Shown here: positions 11,417-21,458 of the stretch, piece by piece
How positions within the stretch are numbered: position 1 is the stretch's first letter
Layout of the letters: every line of letters starts with the position of its first letter
Assembly: GCA_030167865.1 (NCBI GenBank)
Contig: JALAGF010001966.1
Location: 1 to 33,466, forward strand
DNA from: Craspedostauros australis
Taxonomy: Eukaryota
Direction of reading: 5' to 3'
DNA: 33,466 nucleotides
Notes under the pieces: model-generated
Told to the model about the DNA's origin: nothing
Databases searched by the model: none
The model's input: the letters and a program-made list of their open reading frames with translations, nothing else
Position numbers and translations under genes: made by a program

Positions 11417-13751
11417 CTACATCTTGGCCCCTGCGATGACCTCCCGCTGCAGCGTTTTCATTCGTATCCTCATCGCTTCTTTCAGCTTGCTGTCAGTCTC
11501 GTTGGCAAGGTCAAACTCTTCGAACGGATCCTTGTTGCGGTCAAAGACCTGCTCGTACTCGAACTGCGGCCACAGGATGTACTTCTTGTCCTTGCGCACC
11601 AACGCATAGTTCGTCGGGAAGGCATCCGTGGTGCCGATCCATTCGTAGAAGAATTCCTTCCTCCAGTCCGCCTTGCTCTTCGCTGGATCCAGGTACAGCT
11701 GAGCAATATCGCGACCTTGCATGCGCTCCGGCACCTCAATACCAGCCGCGCTCAGTATGGTTGGTGCGAGATCGATGCTGAGGGTGAAATCATCGCTGGG
11801 GATTCCTCGTGTTTGCAACGGCATGCGAGGATCTCGGATGACGAGAGGCACTCGAAGCGACTCCTCGTAGGCAAACCATTTCTCAGCCAAGCCATGTTGT
11901 CCTGTGCCATTGTTTTCGTCCATCGCGGCGAATGTGTTTATGAAGGCTGTGTGAGCATAACGATATCCTTGACATACTAGGAGAGGAACAGGCACGAGAG
12001 TACCATAGCACACACAGTAGAGGTGACATTCATTGCGACTGCAGTATAGGTACCAACATGCGAAAAGATGAACAGAATGCAAGCGAGTCATATGTAGCTT
12101 ACCATGGAAGTTGCCATTGTCTGCGGAAGCAAAAGGGTAGAAGCAATTGGTTGAACCATCCATTGGTTCCAAACATTCGGTTCATGCATACAAGCGTACA
12201 TGCATGCATGTGTGTGCGTGTGTGAAAAAGTATGTCAATATTCCCAGCGACCATGAACAAGGATGATGTTGTGAGAAAAGCGAACGGTGAAGATGGAAGA
12301 GGCATGAATACATGAAGCAAGCAATCAAGTACAAGAGGAGCGTATACAACTGCAGCAAGAGAGCAGAGCATGTTCGTCTCCAATTGTGCTCCGCAACCAC
12401 ACATCGCACTCGTACCTGTCGTGAAGATGATCAAAGTTTCATCGAGCACTCCTTGCCGTTCCAGTTCGTCCATGACCCTGCCACAGACCGTGTCCACTTC
12501 GGTCGCCATGCGGTACGTGTTCTTCATCATGGCCTGATACCGCTCCTCCGGATAGTACCGACTCACGGCACGCTTGCGCCCGATGTTCTTGGGATGTTTG
12601 AAGAAAGACGGCATCTCGTCCCAATGCCGATCCGTAAAGGTCTTGGGCACGGGGACCTCGGAGTTGGCGTACATCCACATGCTGCTGTTCATGGGTCGGT
12701 ACTGCGCCTGCGTGCCATCCTCAGCATGCGTGGCGAAGAAGCTGATCGTGAGCATGAAGGGGCGATCCTTGGGACGTTGCTCGAGGAATCCCATGCCATC
12801 CTCCTCGTTCCATTGCGTGATGTGCTTCGTGACGTTGCCTCTCGTCTTGTAGTGGCGGCCTTCGTAGAACCGATGCTCGTCGAAGGTGTCGATTTTCTTG
12901 GGCGGCGGGGTGTGATGCCACTTTCCGAAGAAGCCGACGTGGTAGTTGTGCGGCGATGCCTTGAGCATGGGATAGAGGGTGTTCTCCCAGTTGTCGTCTT
13001 CGTACATGGTCAGGTTCTTGTAGCTGGCCCACGTCTTGTGACGCGATGCGTACTGTCCTGTGTAGAGCGTGGCACGGCTGACCATGCAGATGGATGTGGT
13101 GACGCAGTTCTGCTCGAACAGCATGCCGTCCTTTGCCATCCGATCTATGGTCGGAGTTTTGACGAAGTTGTTGCCCTGTGCACCCAGCGTCGTGAAGCTC
13201 CAATCATCTGCATACAGCAGCACAATATTCATCGGCTTATCACCCGTGAATTGTTTCTGCGGTCTTTGTCGTTGTTGTGTCTGCTGCTGCTGCTCTTTGG
13301 TCGGCATCTTGGAAGCCTTGGTGGATGCTGCCGCAGCGTCGGACACCACATTTGGCGTCAACTTTGTGAACGGCTTCTTCTGGTCATCCACAGTTTGTTG
13401 TCGATGTTGTATCGATTGCGGCGGTGGAGCTCTGTCAAGCTGCCGATCGATACCAGGCGCGGGCCGGGCGATCTTGTTGCTGGATGCCTGATCGATCGAT
13501 ACGGGTGGCACGAAGGTGCTCTGCGACCGATCGTCATGATGCAGCTGCGATGTCTTCCAGCACATCACAGCGACGGTCATCGCGCAGACGAACACCATGA
13601 TGGTCAGCAACGGGTCCTTCTTCCTCAATGCACGTGGTTTGCCTTGTGGTTTGGCCATGGTGATGGAGGATGCTGACGATGGTGCTGATTTCACCTTTGG
13701 CGCGGAAATGCCCGCCATTGCCTTCTTCCCGTCTTTCGCGTTCAGCATCAT
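11417..13751 (-). CDS. Family S1 (formylglycine-dependent) sulfatase with N-terminal membrane anchor, about 612 aa, 3 exons
   Basis: Exons 13751-12416, 12120-12103 (18 nt) and 11901-11417. Introns 12415-12121 (GTACGA...GCAG) and 12102-11902 (GTAAGC...ACAG). The spliced product reads IIFTT|DNGNFH|GQHGLAEKWFAYEESLRVPL. Other motifs: NIVLLYADD, CMVSRATLYTG, FGKWH, IDLAPTILSAAG, MQGR. TM LLTIMVFVCAMTVAVMCW is followed by a Q/P-rich stem. Confidence 0.92.
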
Positions 13752-13901
13752 CGTGGAGCCGTCGAAGCACGTTTATTGCAACGTTGACCGTGGAGTTGAT
13801 CGACGCAACGCGAGCAACGGATGGTGCTCTTTTCTTGAAGCGAACGATGAAGCAGCTCGCGCTCGTGATGTGTGTGATGGGGCTCCTCAAAGTACGTACG
13901 A

Positions 13902-13937
13902 GCTATGAATTGTGCTATGAATTGTGCTATGAATTGT
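13902..13937. repeat. Perfect 12-bp direct repeat x3 (GCTATGAATTGT) upstream of the sulfatase
   Basis: Copies at 13902, 13914 and 13926, 151-186 nt upstream of the sulfatase ATG. Confidence 0.9.
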
Positions 13938-14390
13938 CGGATGTTGCGAAATCGCAATTTGTTTCCTCCTTTGTTCGTTTTGTGCCGCGTTGTGGTCATT
14001 GTGCCTTTCGTCATCATTTTGGCGATCTCTCTTGTTTCGTCGCGGGCGCAACGGGACGTTGTACAGACAATATATTTGATTAATATAATGTCAATCGATC
14101 GATTCTGAATTCGACACACAGACAGACAAGAAACAGCTATGATACAGACAGACATACAGACAGACAGACAAGGAGCAATCTGTCTCAATTGTCCAATCGT
14201 CCTCATCGTCATCATTGTCATCATCGAAAATGCTGATGATACAACGCTGTATTCAATCCCATACGACTACACCCACAAGATCGTTCCATGACATGATTGA
14301 GTCATCAAACTTGTGTCCTTCTATTTACATGATCTATTCGTACCATCACCCCATCCGGCGGCACCAGCTGCTTCACCTTTCGCCGTTGAC

Positions 14391-17300
14391 TTAGATTTGG
14401 AGGTCCTCTTTCTCCTTCTCCACCTTGGCACTCTCGTGAGTGTAGTCGTTCCTCATCTCCTCAACGATCTGCTCTCCCTTCTGCTCCCATTCGGACCTGT
14501 TCATCATCGCGTAGTTCAGGAACTCGTCGCCGGACACGCCAAACACTCCGCACTCGTTCAGCTTCCGCGCCAACGGAATGATGTAGTTGTCGAAGAACCA
14601 CAGCTCACCCTGGTACCAACCCAGCGAAGGATCCAGCGGGACCCTGCCCGACATGAACGCCCTGTACATCTCCTGGAACAGCCGGTGGTTCCACTTCTGG
14701 TACACGTGCCAGTGCTGCATGGTATGGCTCACATCGGCGGCCTGCAGGATGTGCTCGATCACGATGGTCGCCTTCAGGTCCATCAGATCGTCCTTGGTCA
14801 TCTCGTCCTGCGATGACGAAGCGAATGCCTTCTGCCATCGCCTGTTACGCAGCTTCACCAGATCGGGATCGAAGATGTCAGTCGCCATGACGATGTTCAC
14901 CAGCAGCTGGCGGAATCGGCTCTTCGCCGCCTCGTTGGCGAACAGGCATTCCACAAGAGCCGGGTAATCGCCACCCATCAGGATATCCCACGCGATGTCG
15001 ATGGAGTTCTGCTCCGCGATGCTCTTCTCCTTGTATTTGGCGGCGAGTTCATGCTCTTCGCGCGTCAGCTGCGAGTTGGAAACTCCCGGGTGGTCCACGT
15101 CATGGATCAACGCTGCGAAGACGCAAGCGAAGTGAGTGAGAGGGTCCGATGTGATCCCGAACGTGTAATCGTGCATCTTGGCGGCGCGGTCGGAAAACTC
15201 CTGAGATGTGGACGATGTGGAATTGGTGGACGCGTCCATGCTTCGGATGAATCCCTCTTCTTCGTTGTTGGAGTACAGCGTGTGCTTGTCGCTGGCCACG
15301 ACGCGCATCAAGATCTTGTTCGTGGACATGGTAACGTGGCTGGCGTGGTTGTAGTTGTGGAACGGGTTGTCCTGGTAGAGGCCGGCAATCCGCGTCACAT
15401 ATCCACGCAGCTGATCCTGCACTTCATCGCTCACCAGCTCCTTGTGGGAGCTATCCAGGTCGCCGACGCTCTGGGTCTGCGTGCCGTTGTTGAAACGGGG
15501 CAGCTGGATCGACTCCCGATACTCGTCTCGAGGCAGCACGGTTTCCTTCTCCTCGCTCTCTTGCGAGTTGAGCGACTCGTCGCCGCTGCCATCCGTGCTG
15601 GCCGTCTCACTGGAAGTCCCGGGGGTTGATGTTTGTTGGCGTCGCGAGCTGGACTCAGCTGTTCCTGTCAAGAGACTGCTGCTCCGGGCATTGGCCTTTG
15701 TCAGCGGGTCCGACGGTGCCGGTGTCGGTGCTGGTGATCTGGAGGCCGCAACACGACCGAGCAATCCCAACAGAAGATCGACGTTCCATTCCAGCAAACG
15801 GTCCATGTTTGTTTGCTTGTCTGATTTCATCGTCTCGGTGATCGCGGTCGGGGTGCTCTTGTAGGACTGCTTTGAAGATCCCATGGAAACTGTGTCGCCA
15901 GAGCCGCCGCCCTTTGACTTATTCCGACGGAACCGAAGCCAGTACCTGCAGATGGTGCACGTGCGGAGGCAAATTGCGCAATATCGTGATAACCCCGATT
16001 TGAGATTGTGGATAGTATTTAGTGGACGCGATGGTTTGGAATGTGTGAGTGACATCGTGTGTGTGTCGCGAGAGTGGGCATGCAATGCAATGCGTATCAA
16101 ATCTTGATGGATGCGAACGAATCAGAGCGCTACGGATTCAATACCAACCAATTCTCCGCAGAGAATAACAGCAATCGCAACAACACGACAACAACTTACG
16201 TCTGGACGGTCCCCTTCCCTTTCACTTCCACCATATCCTCACGTGGGACGATCCAACCACCTTTGCCAAACTCCGTCAGGATATCGGCAGTCTTTTGGGA
16301 GCATTGGATTTGGTTTGGAGCACCCGTGCTCTCCATGCGACTGGCGGTGTTGACCGTATCGCCGAAGAGCTGGAATCTGGACTTTTGCCCTCGCAGGACG
16401 CCGGCCGTGACAGGACCAGAATGCAAGCCGATGCGGATCGACAGCTCGTTGGTGTCGGGTCCCAGCTCCACCTCTAATTCGCGCGTGATCTTGCGCATGT
16501 TGTACAGGATCGCACAGGCGAACCGAGACATGATGACGGCATGCTCGACCTGCGGGTCCGGCAGACCAGTGACGGCCATGTAGCAATCGCCGATGGTTTC
16601 CACCTTGAAGACCTTGCGACGTTCGGCCAGACGGTCGAAGCTGCCGTAAATTGCCTCCAAGAGAGTGAAGACTTGCGACGGTTCGCGCGTGGAGGACCAG
16701 GCCGTGAAGCCCGCAATGTCAGCGAAGAGGACCGTCGTGTCGGGAAAGAGATCAGCAATGGGCTTCGATCTGCCCTTCAACGACTTGTCGACCAGCGCAG
16801 CATCGAGATCGCGCACGCTGTCGGCCATTCTTGAGCCAGCGCTGGACATCTTGAGCAGAGCGTCGACCGATCTGTCCTTCGTTGCTTCGTCCGTTTGGTC
16901 TGCCAACGAGTTGCGGTTGGCCATGAAGTCCTTGATCTTGATCTTCTGGGTCATCATTTGGTTTTTGTACGGATCGCCGAGCCCAAAGCTGTTGCGTCGA
17001 CGTGCTCCGCCGTGGCCTTTCACAACCTCGAGGTTGCTGGCCTCGTAGAGACGTTTTTGGACGCTCTTTGGGAACAGCGAAGAGACGATTGCATGGCTCT
17101 GCCTCGCGGAATCCAGCGTGATGTTTTGGCGGCGTTCCACAAGTCGGTCATAGCCGAGGAAGATCAAGGAAGTGATGAGGAAGACAGCCACAACCAGCCC
17201 CGTGAACATCCATGGGCGGTTCGAAGACGATGTGTGATCGTCCTTCATCCTTTGGCTGGGGTACACGTCCAGCGTGAAGGGGCAATAGTCCGTATTGAGG

Positions 17301-18895
17301 GTCACGTTGCCATACCCCAAGAGTTGGATTCCCTCAGACAGATCCTGCATGGAGAATGAATCCTCGAGGTAGTCATCGAACTTCGACTCGTGCAAGTCGC
17401 CCTCCCCGATGAACAAGACATCGCCGTCCTGCACCTGGAACGTGAAACTTTGGTCGCACGAGTTGCGGAGCACGATGTACATGTGGTTGGCGGTGGACGG
17501 GAGTTGCTCGACTTGCATGTACGCATCCCAGAAGATCGTACCTCCCAGTATGGCGACGACCACGTCTTTCATCTCGCCCGTGACGGGATCTTCCATGGTG
17601 TCGATGAGCGGATACCGCATTCCCGTTGTCGGTGAATCTGGCAACGACCTCCCCTTTTCCGTTTCCAGCGTGTCGGAGAGGAAGCTGGATTTTTCCACGG
17701 TGAAGGATCGGGTATCGTGCGCCAACCACATGGTCTCGGAGGTTGTCGGCAAACGGCCCAGGTCAAGATTGACGTAAAGATCTGCGGGGGCGTTCTGCCA
17801 CGCCACAACGTACGGAAGAAAACCGTCGTCCACGGTCTCGTTCGTATCCGGCATCACAAAATACCCCGTCGGTCCGACTGTCCATATTTCTTCTGCAACA
17901 TTTACATTCTGTGCTTCGTCCAAATGACGGACGGACGTGCCGTGCGGGTTGAAGTGACTTGCTTGGACAGGGCCACGCGTCATGAGCGTTTTGTGCTCTG
18001 CTTCCATGCGCCGTCCGCCCGCCGCGTCCTCCTGCTTGTGGAAGTTGCCAAACTGCCACTCGGCCTGTTTGGTCTGCGCTTCGTAGACGCGGCCAGCGGG
18101 AATCCAATCGAGGTTGTTCTGCACGTATGCCTCGTAGTCTCTGCGCTGTTCATTGTGAACAAGCATGCACAGAGTCAGCGTGGTAAATCTGCCGTGCTGA
18201 CGTGTGACGGCCGCGCGTCGTTCGAAATCCGGTATTGTGACCATCGGCCATGGCGACGGCAGTCTCGATGGTGTAGCGGTGGACGCTGCGCCTTTCTCTC
18301 GGATGGCTCGAACGTGGCTCAGAATCGAGATGGACATCGTGTCCAACGCCGTGAGTCCTTCCAACCAATGGGTCTCGAAGGAATTGAGGATGGTGGCTGC
18401 TTGGTCACGGAACTTGAGGTCAAAGTTCTCGTTGACGCTGTCTCGGATGGACAGGTACATGATCGCGCTGAGGCTGCCCGTGGCCAGCAGCAGAACGCAG
18501 CATACGACGACACGCACCCAGAAGACGCGCTTCGTCTCCCTTTGCGCCAGGTGGATCCTGGATTGTTCGCTCGAATTGGACGTAGACGAGCCATGATGGC
18601 TGATGGACATGTTGCTGTTGTGGCTGTCGGCCTCGAGCTGTGAGTCGAACACATCGTCGTGCGCTCCCAAGCTGTGGTCGCTGCCGCCGGCATCATTGTT
18701 GTTGTCGTTGTCGTTGTTGTTGTCATTGCCATTGTCGTTGTCATTGCCATTGTCATTGCCGCCATCGTTGTCATTATCATTGTCATTATCATTGTCATTG
18801 TCGTCATCATCGCGCTTGCTATTGTTCGCCTCATCGTTGAGGATGAAGTCCTCGTCGACGCTTTCCGCCATGGAAATGAACTCATCCAGACCCAT
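14391..18895 (-). CDS. Second receptor-type class III cyclase / phosphodiesterase fusion, about 1416 aa, 2 exons
   Basis: Exons 18895-16200 and 15945-14391; phase-2 intron 16199-15946 (GTAAGT...GCAG) restores KGKGTVQT|YWL. Same architecture as 6414-11026: two TMs, an ectodomain (WPMVTIPDFE, LRNSCDQSFTF, GEGDLH, YCPFTLDVYPS), cyclase motifs (FADIAGFT, KVETIGDCYM, GDTVNTASRMES) and PDE motifs (PFHNYNHASHV, IHDVDHPGVSN, AADVS). Confidence 0.93.
18692..18811 (-). repeat. Coding Asp/Asn low-complexity repeat (40 aa) in the N-terminus of the second cyclase/PDE
   Basis: Degenerate AAY-GAY hexamer array encoding DDDDNDNDNDNDNDNDGGNDNGNDNDNGNDNNNDNDNNND. Confidence 0.9.
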
Positions 18896-21458
18896 GGTGT
18901 GATGTATGACCTATGCTATGCGCGCTAGTATGGGTAGGTATGCAGATGCTCAGATACAGGAACGTAAGAACGGATGCTCTCTTGTGCAGGAGGCGAGGCC
19001 GTGGAGTGCAGCAGTGTTGCTTTTGGTTGCTTGGTGGAATTATGGTTTTGGCGAACTCCAAAAGCCTCTGTGCGACGGACGCGTCGATCCCTCGTTTTCC
19101 GGGTGTGGTGACAGTTGCATTGCTCGATGGTCTTGGTGGCCAACGAAGCTCAAGACTGGACGGTGGACGCACAAATCCTGTCCAACACCTGTCTAACTCT
19201 GGCGTTGGTGTCAAGTTGAGGTGTGTGTGAGTATGGCGCTAATACAGCATGCGCCACCACGAGTCGTGAGCGCCAGAGGCGAAGAAAGCTGGATGGTTGG
19301 TGCCACACGATTATGATCATGTGGTTCTCGGGTAGGATAAAACCCTGCTGCGTCGCGACAAAAGTTCTCGTGCAGCATCGAATTGTGGCGGACGAAACAG
19401 GCCGCTCCAAGGGCGATAAAGTCTTCGGGCACAAGTCCCAAGCACGAGCGACAAAACAATCCCCAGAAGTGACTGATACTCCGGCCTCTGCGGAGTCATT
19501 TGCTCTTGATTGGAGTATTCTATTTTTGGCTCGTGAAATACGCGTCTGCCCACACAAATCCAGAATAGAGAACACTCCCAACAGGAAACAGAAGAGACAA
19601 GAAGTTCCCCCGCCACATTTTTGCGCTGCTTCACACGAAAGAAAGAACAAACAGATCACATACCCCACGAGAAGGCAGCCCGCGAATCCTCGCTCTCTGT
19701 GGGTGTGTGGTCGTTGTTCATTTCGCGTCCAGTGAGTTGCTGTGGACGATGGCGACGACAGCAACAATGATGACGATGATTGTGGGAAAGGTACCAATGG
19801 AGGGAAGGTTGCTGTCGCGGTGAACGCCAGTGGTGATGATGTTGAATCTGCCACACGAACCTGACTATTCTACAATACTTTCCCATGATAATATGTGGTC
19901 CGCACCTCTCTTTTGGAGGATTCTGCGATCTCCGAATGTGCGATGTGTGACAGCTCGTATTTGGAGAGTCGAGAAGTGGTAGAGTAGATGCCAGACAATG
20001 ACCAATACCCCGTCAGATACATTGGAACAAGATTGGATGGCGTCCTCGCTGACTACTCTCTCCTCCCCCTTCTCTCCAGGGCGACAGTGAATGCAGAGTG
20101 TGCAAGCGGCACACAACCCCACTATCACGGATACTTGTACATGAGAGGCGGAAACAGCACATTTCCAGGTAGAATACGGTGGTCCCGTGGCTGCGAGCAT
20201 GGGACAGCTACAAAAAGCCCCGGTCCAGCGACCGACGAAGATCTCGCTTGCCGCCATGGTCTTCTTGTGTCGCGCATCCTTCCTTCTCCCAACACGTCAG
20301 GAGGCTTTTGGAGCCATGTACAACAGTTGTCGTATCAAATAGATCTTTTCAGTGCCAGTGGCGGAGCCCGGGAGCCTGGATTGCCCCTGCACGAGACGTA
20401 TCGCCTCCCACTTGTTGATGGGGACGGCGATCCATGCGCCGCAGTCTCACCAATGTGTCAACAAGATGGCGCCAACGATGACCTCTCACTTGTACTGTCT
20501 TCTGATGCCTCTCGTCATCATGTCAACATGATCGACTCTCCGGAGGTTGAGCTCGCGCAGCATGACGGGAGTATGGGTGTCCACGTCTGCATGACTTCGA
20601 GGTGCAGGAGAAGTGGAGACAATCAACCCGCTCACACCAAACCAATTCAGAATGTCTGAGACGTCACCCCAAACCAGTCGCCAAGGCATCAAATGCAAGT
20701 GCTCCTCTCGTCAAGAGAAGGTCCAAGGTCGCAGCCCATCGACCATCATGACATCGTCGCACCTCGTAGGGGTGCAGCATCTTGGAATGTTTTCGTTGTA
20801 CGAATGTCGTACAATCGAACAGAGAAGTTCATACCGCGGCACAGCCTCCAGAGTCCTTGCAGAGGCGCTTGAAAAGCGTAGACATATTCAAGGGGAACTA
20901 CACCGTGGTCGCAATTATTGCCAAGGTACCGAGCTGCCGTGGAATCGACTTCCTTTGCCCTCACCATGGTGTCGAGAATGCTGTTGCGCCAGCGACGATG
21001 TTGAAGCTGCGAGGAGATGCAGAATTTATTTCTCTGGCATGAAGACGCACTGGCTCTGCACAGATGATTATCACGTCAACCACACAAGACACCCTCGCAC
21101 GCCAACACCATACGCCCAACGCGGTTCCGACAACTGCAACGACATGTTGCGCACTTATCGTGTTCGCACCACGGCTTTTGCATCCAACCTGTGGACCTTC
21201 GCAGCTCGAAAAGATCTGCAGATCCGTAGGAGCTTTGGCTGACGTGGAGGTTGGACGAAAGGTTCATGTCCCTCTGGCCCAGGTAGAGTTGGATGCGTGG
21301 CATCTGCCTGGTACTGGTGTACTCTATGAGCTAGCAGCACGTGCCGATGCGATGTGCTTTGTCATGCCTCACGGCTCCAACAGTTGCTTCGTCAGGCATC
21401 TTCCTCTCCATCGCGATCCATTCATCAGTTTGGCGAAGATGCTTCGGTGGGCGCCTCC

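Noticed and set aside
12099..12415. Hydrophobic C-terminal tail of the 550-aa sulfatase ORF, or a frameshifted pseudogene
   Set aside because: This is intron 1 read-through. Canonical splice sites rebuild an intact enzyme.
12312..13676. Long antisense ORFs (454 aa here; also 10046-11062, 17717-18643, 29871-30959, 6086-7006)
   Set aside because: They are shadows of GC3-rich coding sequence on the opposite strand and have no motifs of their own.
20095..20145. GTQPHYHGYLY resembling an HUH motif II of a viral Rep (endogenous ssDNA virus)
   Set aside because: No recognisable motif I, catalytic YxxK or SF3 helicase Walker A nearby; a short match is not enough.
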